Shown piece after piece: positions 27,355 to 36,595 of a stretch of 64,000 bases of DNA (the first letter of the stretch is position 1; each line of letters opens with the position of its first letter). Where the stretch lies: contig JADFYO010000015.1 of assembly GCA_015233015.1 (NCBI GenBank), positions 450 to 64,449 on the forward strand, read 5' to 3'. The notes below the pieces were generated by a model that had not been told where the DNA came from, did not search any database, and worked only from the letters and a program-made list of their open reading frames with translations. The DNA comes from Nitrospirota bacterium. GTDB lineage: Bacteria; Nitrospirota; Thermodesulfovibrionia; Thermodesulfovibrionales; Magnetobacteriaceae. Position numbers and translations under genes: made by a program.

Positions 27355-28295
27355 TAATTGACAACGTAAGTGTTGTAATTACCACTATCGGAAGATCTGA
27401 TATTGTCTGCAGGGCCGTTAACAGCGTCCTGTCTCAAACTTTCAGAGACATCGAAGTTATTGTGGTTATTGACGGGCCGGATTCTGCTACAATGCAAGTG
27501 CTTGAACAGATCAAAGACCCGCGGTTAATTATTTTAGCCTTGCCTGAGAATGTCGGCGTTGCGGAGGCCCGCAATTCGGGTGTCAGGGCGTCAAAATATG
27601 GCTGGATAGCCTTTTTGGACGATGATGACGAATGGCTGCCAGAAAAGCTTGAGAAACAGGCAAAGGCCGCAGCTCAGTTGGATAAGGCCTTTCCGATTAT
27701 ATCTTGTAGTTATCAGCTGCTAAATTCCCGTATTAACCAGATTCGGCCATTGAAATTCCCGAACCCATCAGAGCAGGTAAGCGAATATCTGTTTGCTAAG
27801 ACTTCATTCTTTGGTGGGGTAGCACATTTAGCGCCTTCGGCGCTGGTAATGAGAAAAGAATTGTTAGAGGCAGTTCCTTTCCGCAGACACCTGTGGAGAA
27901 ACGAGGATTGGGATTTCCTTTTGCGTGTAGCACAACTTGAGGAAGTTAGTTTTGAGGTTGTGCCGGAATGTTTAGTCATAATTCATATAGCAGAGAAAAG
28001 GGAACATCTAAGCAATAAGGATGATGTTGACTTTGATCTTCAATGGATTAGGGATAATCAAAATTTGTTTACACCACGGGCTTATGCCGGGTATGTGGCT
28101 AAGAATCTTTCCTCTGAGGCAAGCCGTCAGAAGGGATGGAAGTTGTTTGTTCCACTTTTTAAGGAAATGTGCAGATTCGGTCCGCCGACATTCGTAGAGT
28201 TTTCAATATTTCTATATCCCTGGTTTTTACCACGTATAGTTCGGCGATGGGTTAAGATTATTATTAAAAAGGTTCGGGGAATTATTGGAAAATAA
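27351..28295 (+). CDS. family 2 glycosyltransferase (tandem paralogue 2)
   Basis: Motifs are VVITTIGRSD, VVIDGPD and FLDDDDEW. It overlaps the previous gene by 4 nt. Confidence 0.8.
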   Translation: MIIDNVSVVITTIGRSDIVCRAVNSVLSQTFRDIEVIVVIDGPDSATMQVLEQIKDPRLIILALPENVGVAEARNSGVRASKYGWIAFLDDDDEWLPEKLEKQAKAAAQLDKAFPIISCSYQLLNSRINQIRPLKFPNPSEQVSEYLFAKTSFFGGVAHLAPSALVMRKELLEAVPFRRHLWRNEDWDFLLRVAQLEEVSFEVVPECLVIIHIAEKREHLSNKDDVDFDLQWIRDNQNLFTPRAYAGYVAKNLSSEASRQKGWKLFVPLFKEMCRFGPPTFVEFSIFLYPWFLPRIVRRWVKIIIKKVRGIIGK

Positions 28296-28399
28296 TAAAA
28301 AGAAATGTAATAAATGCTGCGTCTAAATCTTTACAGTATGGGGTTTTTACGCCCGAAATAAGAAAACCCCCGGCAGGCTTTAACGCAAATATACATGGT

Positions 28400-29575
28400 T
28401 TGCGCGGCCTTGCCGCCGGCATGATTGTTCTTCATCATATTATAGACTCCCGCTGGGATATTACAGTGGGCAAGCAGGCTCTCCATAGCGTAACTAACAC
28501 AGGCACAAGTGGTTTGAGCGGCATTACCTCCGGCATTGGCGGGACGTTGTTAAGCTCGATTTGCGCAAGTGGCGTTGAACTGTTTTTTATGATCAGCGGT
28601 TATTTGATTACAGCCAGTATCCTCAGACACAATAGCGTGGCAGCGTTTCTGAGAAATCGTGCGATGAGGATTTATCCGGTCTATCTTACGCTTATAATCT
28701 CGATTTTTCTGTGCCAGTGGGTTTTTAAACATAGCCTGGATATATATACAAACCGGCCTGTGAACTGGATGGGAGAGCTAGGGGCTTTGGATGCCTTTGT
28801 TAACCTTGGAGAGGCAATTCTGTTCCTTCCCGGCGTCTTTAATCTGCCAATGATGTGGGGGGTGCTGTGGACGCTTAGTTATGAGTTCTTTTTTTATCTT
28901 CTGAGTGCCGTTCTTTTTTCACTGGCGCGGCGGCGGATGAAGGCCGCCCATGCCTTTACCTGCGTTTTACTAATCCCAATTCTCTATCTCTATCCCCGCG
29001 CCGTATTCTTCGCCGTAGGGGCAGGCGTTTTCGCTCTGGAAAAACGCGGGTTCATAGCACACATTCCAGGGTGGGTGAGTTTCACCGCTGGTATTCTGTT
29101 TTTTGTGGTTATGGCGCGCGCTTTGCGATATTCCAGTGGTTTCTTTTTTGGCGCCGCGACCGACTATCTGCATCTGTTCACTCCAGAACAGCCGGTAAGC
29201 CAGCAGCATCACAGATATTATCTGGACTATGTTGCGGTCTTGCCAGGCCTGCTGATGTTCGCATATATATGCCGCCCTGAATGTTGGTGCCGCTGGCTTC
29301 TGCAGCTGCGTGTGACACAGTTCCTTGGCACTATCAGCTATAGCCTTTTTTTGGCGCATGGTTTCCTCGTAACCGCGGCAAAAAAAACGGTGATGCTATC
29401 GATGACCAGTTTCCATTGGAATCAGGGAGCCGCACGAAATGTCTTTTCCATCCTTTCACTGACCGGAGCTATTGTGGCCGCTTTTGTCAGTTATACACTC
29501 ATCGAAAAGAAATTCACAAGCTGGCTGAGCGGAAAGCTGGCGCAGAAACATTGTGAAGTAAAAGTGCACATTTAG
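28400..29575 (+). CDS. acyltransferase family 3 membrane protein (O-acyltransferase)
   Basis: The LRGLAAGMIVLHH motif sits at the extreme N-terminus and the protein is polytopic. The only available start is TTG 28400. The frame stays open upstream without an ATG, GTG or TTG codon. Confidence 0.7.
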   Translation: MRGLAAGMIVLHHIIDSRWDITVGKQALHSVTNTGTSGLSGITSGIGGTLLSSICASGVELFFMISGYLITASILRHNSVAAFLRNRAMRIYPVYLTLIISIFLCQWVFKHSLDIYTNRPVNWMGELGALDAFVNLGEAILFLPGVFNLPMMWGVLWTLSYEFFFYLLSAVLFSLARRRMKAAHAFTCVLLIPILYLYPRAVFFAVGAGVFALEKRGFIAHIPGWVSFTAGILFFVVMARALRYSSGFFFGAATDYLHLFTPEQPVSQQHHRYYLDYVAVLPGLLMFAYICRPECWCRWLLQLRVTQFLGTISYSLFLAHGFLVTAAKKTVMLSMTSFHWNQGAARNVFSILSLTGAIVAAFVSYTLIEKKFTSWLSGKLAQKHCEVKVHI

Positions 29576-29764
29576 GTTACCAGATGTAAGAGTGGATGCC
29601 GCCAAAATCCAAAGAATTTCCAGTTATTTAGCTGTCATAGCACCATATTTTTAGTCAGGATTATGTCAGCTTTCTGACACAATCGGAGACTGACGGAAAA
29701 TTCTTCCTATGCGGCTTACATTCGGCAATGAGGTTTATCGCGCCGACGCCTGTTCTTAGTCGTC

Positions 29765-29780
29765 TGGCACAATAATTGCA
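29765..29780 (+). promoter_or_regulatory. sigma54 (RpoN) -24/-12 promoter
   Basis: TGGCACaataaTTGCA matches the consensus TGGCAC-N5-TTGC exactly. It lies about 49 nt upstream of the GTG start at 29829. Confidence 0.6.
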
Positions 29781-29828
29781 TTAGACTTTGTTGTGTAGTG
29801 ATGTATTTGTTTTAAGGAGAGATGGCTA

Positions 29829-30473
29829 GTGAGTGATTACAAGAGACTGATAAGCGGTAACAAGAGGGAGCTGTTAAACTTTAAGGGTAACCTGATGAGT
29901 ACGGCTACCGGAAAGACCGTGAAATCAATCATGGTAACCAGTGCTATGAACGGCGAAGGCAAGACAACCGCGGCCCTAAGCTTAGCTTATACGCTGGCGG
30001 TTAACGCCAAAGACAACGTTTATCTGGCAGACGGCTCATGGAATGCCCCTAAATTGGATAAAGTCTTTAATTTCGGAGAAGTTCCTGGAATATCGGATTA
30101 TTTTCGCGACGATATAGATTTGAATGGAATAGTCAGGCAAACTCAGACGGCAAATCTTTCCGTAATTCCATTTGGAAAGAAGACCTCGAATTCTATGGAG
30201 ATTTTAAGGCCTGCGGTGTTAAAAGAGAAGATCGATGAATTGAAAACCAGATGTGATTACCTTATTTTCGACTCCGCCTCGATAATGGGCTCCGCCGACA
30301 TGGCAGTGCTATCGACTTTCTTTGACGGTGTTATCCTTGTAATAGAGTGTGAGAAGACAAAATGGCAGGTAGTTGACCTGGCTAAGGGCAAATTAGAATC
30401 CGCCGGGGCGAATATCCTGGGGGTCGTATTGAATAAGAGAAAATTCTACATTCCAAGGTGGTTATATGGATAG
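29829..30473 (+). CDS. BY-kinase-like P-loop ATPase (CpsD/CapB type, stand-alone)
   Basis: 214 aa. It has Walker A SAMNGEGKTT, Walker A' LIFDSAS, and Walker B VILVIECEKT. The C-terminus has only 2 Tyr. Confidence 0.75.
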   Translation: MSDYKRLISGNKRELLNFKGNLMSTATGKTVKSIMVTSAMNGEGKTTAALSLAYTLAVNAKDNVYLADGSWNAPKLDKVFNFGEVPGISDYFRDDIDLNGIVRQTQTANLSVIPFGKKTSNSMEILRPAVLKEKIDELKTRCDYLIFDSASIMGSADMAVLSTFFDGVILVIECEKTKWQVVDLAKGKLESAGANILGVVLNKRKFYIPRWLYG

Positions 30474-31599
30474 GACTGGTTTGACACTAAAAAGGTTTAT
30501 AACTAATCTGTTAATTGGTCTTTCTTTGATAACCCTGGCAGCTGGCTGCGCGACTTCTTTTAAAAATGATACCAGGGAGGATGATAAGATAAGGACGAAC
30601 GTCGATTATGGTAATACGACGTTTGAAATCCCGCCAGACAACAATACTTTAGATGACAACCAACACTTTAACACAAGTTATGACGTGTTTCCCGAATACC
30701 GGATAATGCCGGGAGATATACTGGAGGTCTTCTTTAAGGTGGATACCGGCATTCTCCATGAATTCAGAATAGAGACTGACTACACTGTGCAGATTAAGTT
30801 CGTTAATACCCCGGAGTTAAACGAGTCTCAGATAGTCCGCCCCGACGGTACCATAGCGCTCCCATATATAGGCGATCTCAAGGTAATAGGGAAGACAGTG
30901 GACGAGCTTACCGCCGAGCTTAAGCGGTTATACTCAAAAATAGTTAAAGAACCAAATTTATATATCTTAGTGCCTGAGTTCAGGACAACACTGAAAGAGT
31001 TTAAGGCAGATCTCCACACCGCCCCTCGCGGCCTGAGCAGACTTACAACGGTCAGGCCGGATGGTATTGTTACGTTTCCCATCATAGGCGAGATATTTGC
31101 GGCCAAAAAGACCCTTAAAGAGGTCAACATCGCAATCAACACCTTATACGAAAAAATAATCCCCGGACTTCACTGTAATCTGTTCTTAGAAAAACAGTCA
31201 GGTTTTCTTGTTTACGTCTTTGGAGAGGTCAGAAAGCCCGGCGCGTTCCCAATCTTAAAACCTATCAGCCTGTTAGAAGCTCTCGCCCTTTCCGAGAGCT
31301 TCCTGCCGACGGCCAAAACGGGCAACATTATTGTATTAAGGAAGACAAAGGACAAAGTAGTTGCTACGATAGTTAACCTTAACGATGTGATAAGCACCAC
31401 AAACAGAACAGACGTAATGGTGCTCAATCCTGACGACGTTGTGTATGTCCCGAGAAGAACACTCTCTTCTATTGCCGACGTAACGAGAGACATAGCGGAT
31501 ATCGTGTTCTTCAGAGGATGGTCGATGGGCCTTTCGTATCAAATGTACACGGCGCCTACTTCGACTAACGCGCCAAAGTTTCCTTTCGGAGGGTTTTAA
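30466..31599 (+). CDS. Wza-like polysaccharide export lipoprotein
   Basis: It has an LAAGC lipobox, the YRIMPGDILEV Poly_export motif, and two SLBB-like segments (VRPDGTIALPYIGDLKVIGKT; VRPDGIVTFPIIGEIFAAKKT). Confidence 0.75.
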   Translation: MDRTGLTLKRFITNLLIGLSLITLAAGCATSFKNDTREDDKIRTNVDYGNTTFEIPPDNNTLDDNQHFNTSYDVFPEYRIMPGDILEVFFKVDTGILHEFRIETDYTVQIKFVNTPELNESQIVRPDGTIALPYIGDLKVIGKTVDELTAELKRLYSKIVKEPNLYILVPEFRTTLKEFKADLHTAPRGLSRLTTVRPDGIVTFPIIGEIFAAKKTLKEVNIAINTLYEKIIPGLHCNLFLEKQSGFLVYVFGEVRKPGAFPILKPISLLEALALSESFLPTAKTGNIIVLRKTKDKVVATIVNLNDVISTTNRTDVMVLNPDDVVYVPRRTLSSIADVTRDIADIVFFRGWSMGLSYQMYTAPTSTNAPKFPFGGF

Positions 31600-31601
31600 A
31601 A

Positions 31602-33593
31602 ATGAAGACCGAAGGGCTGATGGAGGATTACAAAAGAGCGTTACTGACAACATTCTTTATCCAGAAGCGGATTATATATTTTGCGACTGCGGTAATATTT
31701 ATTGCATCAGTGTTCGTTTCGTTTCTCTGGCCAAAAACCTACGCCTCTTATGGCTCGATATTTATAAAAGGAGAGAGGGCGGAGAAAAACCCCCAAGCCA
31801 TAGAAAAAGAGGAAGTGCGCACCCGTGAAGTCACAAAAGAAGACCTCAACTCTGAAGCCGAGATACTCACCTCGTCGGAAGTTATCAGAAATGCCATTAC
31901 TCATATGAGGGATGATAAGAACTACAAGGGCCGAGGTCCTTCGATAGTCTCTTTAGTTCTGAAAATGCTTAATATAAAGGCTGCGGAGAAAGACAAGGGC
32001 ATAACTGATGCTGAAGTGCAATCGATCAAAAAAAGGATAACCACTGAAATCGTTCCAACCACTAATGTTATTAAAATAACACTGACTGGAAACGATCCCA
32101 AATATGCGGTTTCATTATTAGATACCCTTATGAACGAGTTCTTAAAATACAGGTCGCAGCTTTATAATACGGCAGACACCAGAACGTTTTACGCCCAACA
32201 AGTTAATGATTCGAAAAAAGGCCTGGAAAGTAAAGAAGACCAGCTTCTGAAATTATTTAGAGAAAGCGAAACCGTAGTGCCGGCTAAAGAGATAGAGAAT
32301 AATCTTTTTGCCATAAGGGACCTTGAGCAGGACCTCTTCTATCTTAAGCAAACCGCATCTGAGAAGGCACGCCTGGTTCAATATATCGAAAATGCGTTGA
32401 AGGATAAGGAGATAAGCTACTTTTCCTTTATAGAAGGTAACGAGGCTATCTCAAATTTAAGCAAGAACCTTCAGGACTTTGTCTCTGAGGGAGGTCCAAT
32501 TGTTACCAGATACACTAAGGAAAGTGAAAAATACAGGTTATATAATGAACAAGTCAACATTATGTACAATGCCTTGAAAAAAGAAGTGGAAGGTTACGTT
32601 TCGAACGTAAAAAGACAGCTTGATACTATTAACGATAAAATCGATAACAATGAGCGCAGGCTCGACAGAATCAGGGCCCAGAATATCAAGCTTCAGGATC
32701 TGATCGTCTCAACTGACAGGATAAAGAGAGATCTCGAATTAGATAAGGCAAACTATGATATCTTCTCTAAGCGTAATAAGGAAGCCCTGATATCGTCCTC
32801 CGTTGTGGGCGGAAATCTGCAGATCAGCATAATGAGTAAGGCATTTCCATCAACCGGCCCGATTTTCCCTATCCCCGGCGTGTTAATACCCGTTGGACTT
32901 ATTGCCGGGGCATTGACAGGCATGACCCTCGGATTCCTGAAAGAATTCATGGATCAAACATTCAAAAGCCCTGAGGATGTGGTTAAATACGCTAATTTAC
33001 CTGTGCTTTTATTTATCCCATTCATGCCGGACCCTGCTGACGTAACGGCGGATAAGGGTATGTTCCCAAAATTGAAGTCGAAATTAAAGCCCGACGCCTC
33101 AGCCGGTAAACCCGGGGCAGCCGCGCCGGACAGCTCAATCTCCGATGTGTTTTTTAGCTTAAAGGCGATTTATGTGCCTGCCATAGTCCTGAGTTGTTTG
33201 ATTATCATCGATATAGGCTGTCAGGTGCTGCGCTCGGACAGCTCAGACCATAAAGCGATGACGTCGGCATCCGTGGAACCAGTGGAACCAGACGAAAACG
33301 ATGTAAAATACGAGGCGTCCAGAGCCAGGCGGCAACCGGCAACCGAAGAGGTAAAGTCAGCCCAGGTTACCGATAACGAGACAGCCGTCTCTCAGGAGAC
33401 ATTAGTCAGCGATGCAAGGCCAGACATTACGGATGCAGCCGAGCCCCGCGAGACCGCCGCCAGACCGGCTGTTACCGCGGCCGCTCAGGAGCCTGAGTCA
33501 GTAATTCCCGTGCGCCGTCAGGCTGCCAAACCGCCCGCCGCCGCTCAGGCCGCAGCTCCTCAGCAAGTAAAGATTGAGTTCCACTTATTCTAA
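31602..33593 (+). CDS. polysaccharide co-polymerase (Wzz/GumC-type chain-length determinant) with a Pro/Ala-rich tail
   Basis: 663 aa. The order is TM1, a long coiled-coil periplasmic region, and a Pro/Gly-rich TM2 (PIFPIPGVLIPVGLIAGALTG). An extra TM and a low-complexity C-terminus follow. Confidence 0.75.
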   Translation: MKTEGLMEDYKRALLTTFFIQKRIIYFATAVIFIASVFVSFLWPKTYASYGSIFIKGERAEKNPQAIEKEEVRTREVTKEDLNSEAEILTSSEVIRNAITHMRDDKNYKGRGPSIVSLVLKMLNIKAAEKDKGITDAEVQSIKKRITTEIVPTTNVIKITLTGNDPKYAVSLLDTLMNEFLKYRSQLYNTADTRTFYAQQVNDSKKGLESKEDQLLKLFRESETVVPAKEIENNLFAIRDLEQDLFYLKQTASEKARLVQYIENALKDKEISYFSFIEGNEAISNLSKNLQDFVSEGGPIVTRYTKESEKYRLYNEQVNIMYNALKKEVEGYVSNVKRQLDTINDKIDNNERRLDRIRAQNIKLQDLIVSTDRIKRDLELDKANYDIFSKRNKEALISSSVVGGNLQISIMSKAFPSTGPIFPIPGVLIPVGLIAGALTGMTLGFLKEFMDQTFKSPEDVVKYANLPVLLFIPFMPDPADVTADKGMFPKLKSKLKPDASAGKPGAAAPDSSISDVFFSLKAIYVPAIVLSCLIIIDIGCQVLRSDSSDHKAMTSASVEPVEPDENDVKYEASRARRQPATEEVKSAQVTDNETAVSQETLVSDARPDITDAAEPRETAARPAVTAAAQEPESVIPVRRQAAKPPAAAQAAAPQQVKIEFHLF

Positions 33594-33607
33594 GGAGAGG
33601 TATAAAA

Positions 33608-35308
33608 ATGAAGACCATTAACTTTAAGAAAAATATATATCTGGCGATAGCGGTGCTTATCGTGTTCTCGCCAAATATATATTACAGCATAATCAGCCAT
33701 GAAATAGTCTCTCCATCGCGAAAGATAGCTTTTATTGTCTTTTCCATAGGGGTGCACTTAATACCGCTTGTGTTTTTTGCCAAAAGAATAAAGTGGTTTA
33801 TGGCGGCGTTCATTCCCTTTGCAGCGCTTGCGCCGCTCGATATTTTTTTCATTTCACTCTACAGTTACCCGCCGACAAACAGCGTGCTGCGCGACATCAT
33901 GGAGACAAACGCAGGCGAGGCCGCGGAGTTTATGCAGGGTTTTCGAACACCGGTAATCCTGATGGTAGTGTTTGCCGTAGTCTTTGCCGTAGTCTTCATC
34001 TATTGTTTAAAGAAGATGAGCGGGGCTGTCAACGTCAAAGCCGCAGCCGGCCTGTCCACAATCTTTACAGCGGTTACGCTGCTTACCTTTTTTACGACGC
34101 AGCAGGGCGGCGAAAACAAATATGTATCGAAGAAGGAAGTCTTCGAGACAAGGATTGGAAAGGCATATCCAGTTGGCGTCATAACTCATCTGACAAGGTT
34201 TTATCTCGAGAGACAACAGCTGGTCAAACATCGGATGGCGGTTGAAGGCTTCCACTATAATCTTAAGCGTCGGCAGGACGCCTCGGAAAAGGAAGTATAT
34301 ATCCTGGTTATAGGAGAGGCTTCGAGGGCAGGCAATTACGGCATAAACGGATATTCCAGAAATACTACCCCGAATTTGAGCGCAATGAGTAATCTGATCA
34401 GTTTTTCAAATGTATGCGCCCCCGCCACCGAAACCAGGACATCGCTTCCTCTGATGTTGACAGGGGCCAGTCCCGCGGATTACGGCAGCGCGTACGAAAA
34501 ACCGGGCGTCATAACCTATTTCAGGAAACTCGGCTTTGAAACGCACTGGATTTCCAATCAGATAGAGATGGGCATTTACGATAAGTCCGTAAAAAGCGTT
34601 TTTACCGACGAAGCCGACGACAGAACTGTACTAAACAGCGCCAAAGGAGATATCAAGGATAACTCCATAAAATATGACGGGGAGATTATCCCTCAGCTTA
34701 AAAAAATAATCTCTGAAAGCAAGTCAAATAAATTGTTTATTGTCTTACACACTATCGGCAACCACTACAGGTATGATTTCAGATACCCCGCAGAGTTCGA
34801 TGTGTTCAAGCCGTCGATGAAAGGCAGGGATGACGTCAGGATTAACGACCCCGCATCCAAAGAAATAAAAATAAACAGTTACGATAATTCCATACTATAC
34901 GTTGACAGGTTTCTGTCTGACGTTATAAGATATACGGTGTCCTTAGAGGTGCAGTCCGGCATTGTTTTCATAGCCGATCACGGAGAGGACATCTTTGACG
35001 ACGAGAGAAATCTGTTTGGACATGGAAACAAAGCGGTAACCAAATATGTTGCCCATGTCCCGTTTATGGTATGGGTTTCCGGCGAGTATGTGAAAAGGCA
35101 TCCCGATAAAACTGCCGCACTAAAGTCAAACAAAGACGCAAAGTTAGGCGGAGGCTTCCTTTTTCAGTCCTTGTTAGACATGGCCGGTGTTACTTATGAG
35201 GACAGTGATTTGACAAAAAGTGTGTTCAGTGATAAACTATCGATAGGTAAAAGAGATATTATTAATACCTCATTTCAAGCAGTAGATTGCAACAGGCTGC
35301 TGAATTGA
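33608..35308 (+). CDS. phosphoethanolamine-transferase-like sulfatase-family membrane enzyme (EptA/BcsG-like)
   Basis: 566 aa with about 5 N-terminal TM helices. Motifs are VIGEASRAGNYGINGYSRNTTPNL, ATETRTSLP, HTIGNHYRYDFRYP and ADHGED. Confidence 0.75.
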   Translation: MKTINFKKNIYLAIAVLIVFSPNIYYSIISHEIVSPSRKIAFIVFSIGVHLIPLVFFAKRIKWFMAAFIPFAALAPLDIFFISLYSYPPTNSVLRDIMETNAGEAAEFMQGFRTPVILMVVFAVVFAVVFIYCLKKMSGAVNVKAAAGLSTIFTAVTLLTFFTTQQGGENKYVSKKEVFETRIGKAYPVGVITHLTRFYLERQQLVKHRMAVEGFHYNLKRRQDASEKEVYILVIGEASRAGNYGINGYSRNTTPNLSAMSNLISFSNVCAPATETRTSLPLMLTGASPADYGSAYEKPGVITYFRKLGFETHWISNQIEMGIYDKSVKSVFTDEADDRTVLNSAKGDIKDNSIKYDGEIIPQLKKIISESKSNKLFIVLHTIGNHYRYDFRYPAEFDVFKPSMKGRDDVRINDPASKEIKINSYDNSILYVDRFLSDVIRYTVSLEVQSGIVFIADHGEDIFDDERNLFGHGNKAVTKYVAHVPFMVWVSGEYVKRHPDKTAALKSNKDAKLGGGFLFQSLLDMAGVTYEDSDLTKSVFSDKLSIGKRDIINTSFQAVDCNRLLN

Positions 35309-35344
35309 TGTGGGGAATGCGGCGGGATGCAATGGAGGAACAAT

Positions 35345-36442
35345 ATGGCGATTAAGATACGTGTGTCAACCGGTTATATGTCATTTTCCAACACGCTCAG
35401 CGTTATTTTTGATGTTACCCTTTCGTCATTACTTTTGTTGCTGGCCTGTCCATTTTTTATCGTTATATCAATCATAATAAAAATGACAGACGGAGGCCCT
35501 GTATTCTATCGTGGAGAGCGTCTGGGTAAAAATAAGAAGATATATATAATGTATAAGTTCCGGTCATTAGTCCCTGACGCCGAACGTATAATAGGCGCCG
35601 AGCTACTGTCGTCTCAACGCGACATCATAACCAAAGTCGGGAAATTATTGAGAGAGACAAGGCTGGATGAGCTTCCCCAGCTGTATAACATTTTAAGAGG
35701 GGATATGACGTTTATTGGGCCGCGCCCGGAGCGCATGGCGATATATGAGAAGTTCTGTAAAAACATAAAAGGTTATGACAGGCGTTTTGAAGTAAAACCA
35801 GGGTTAGTCGGATATTCTCAGCTCTTTACGCCTCATAGTACGCCTAAGAGAATGCGCACCCTTATTGACAATCTGTACATTGCAAAAAGGCATAATATTC
35901 TTGTTGACTACGTTCTGGTTTTTTATACCGCATATCTGTCGTTAAAGCATGTGGTATCTAAAGTTCTTCTGTTTATGTGGAAGGACCTTGTGTTGCGCAT
36001 GGTTGGACGCGGAGGTAACAAAAGATACCTTGTGAGGGTTTATCTTGAAGACGCCAGGGTTTATTACGGCCATAAAGCTGAATCAGCACAGGAGGATACG
36101 TTAGAAAATAAAAAGTATCCTAATTATGATGATCTGGCGAAAAAGGTCTATTTCGGCAGCAATGGGCAATTAACCGGAGAGGGCGTGTTAATAAACGTCA
36201 ACGAGGACGCCTTTTTGATGCACATCAGCAAACGATTGAAAGGTGAGGATTTTTTTAAGTTGGAAATCCTGAACAAAAATAAGAAGAAAATAGCCTTTTG
36301 CGAAGGAACGGTTTATAAAGAATACCCCTCAGGCAACAAAGACTACGAGTATGCTTACGTAATTAATTACACCCCGGTGTCCCCGTTAAACTCATACATG
36401 ATTCACCAGTACTTCCTGCACAAGAGTGTTGCTGAGATATGA
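35345..36442 (+). CDS. priming sugar-phosphate transferase (bacterial sugar transferase family) with a PilZ-like C-terminal extension, paralogue 1
   Basis: Transferase motifs are GPVFYRGERLG, YKFRSL and DELPQLYNILRGDMTFIGPRPE. The 150-aa tail carries KRYLVR (RxxxR) and GEGVLINVNEDAFLM. GGAGG precedes ATG 35345. Confidence 0.75.
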   Translation: MAIKIRVSTGYMSFSNTLSVIFDVTLSSLLLLLACPFFIVISIIIKMTDGGPVFYRGERLGKNKKIYIMYKFRSLVPDAERIIGAELLSSQRDIITKVGKLLRETRLDELPQLYNILRGDMTFIGPRPERMAIYEKFCKNIKGYDRRFEVKPGLVGYSQLFTPHSTPKRMRTLIDNLYIAKRHNILVDYVLVFYTAYLSLKHVVSKVLLFMWKDLVLRMVGRGGNKRYLVRVYLEDARVYYGHKAESAQEDTLENKKYPNYDDLAKKVYFGSNGQLTGEGVLINVNEDAFLMHISKRLKGEDFFKLEILNKNKKKIAFCEGTVYKEYPSGNKDYEYAYVINYTPVSPLNSYMIHQYFLHKSVAEI

Positions 36443-36460
36443 GAGAGAGCCTTGCAGAGT

Positions 36461-36544
36461 CTGTCATTCCCGCCTGCGAGCGGCAATCCTGTTCTCGCTC
36501 AATTTTCTTAAAAGACTGGATTCCTGCTTCCGCAGGAATGACAG
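36461..36544. repeat. imperfect palindromic intergenic element (gtcattcc...ggaatgac type)
   Basis: ctgtcattcccgcctgcgagcggcaatcc at 36461-36489 pairs with ggattcctgcttccgcaggaatgacag at 36518-36544. Each arm is itself a small hairpin. Confidence 0.55.
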
Positions 36545-36595
36545 GTTTTATAATCTATTCATGTGATTGTATTTTAGATTGGGCACTGGAGACAT

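Noticed and set aside
28300-28400. Possible frameshift or truncation at the 5' end of the acyltransferase gene (frame open about 100 nt upstream with no canonical start)
   Set aside because: The conserved LRGLAA..HH motif is retained after TTG 28400, and I saw no disrupted upstream coding signal. A slightly short N-terminus with a TTG start is the simpler reading, but I cannot exclude a non-canonical start.
33793-34245. 150-aa plus-strand ORF, with others inside 33.6-35.3 kb
   Set aside because: It is an alternate frame inside the phosphoethanolamine-transferase-like gene. Its composition is Arg/Gly-rich with no motifs.
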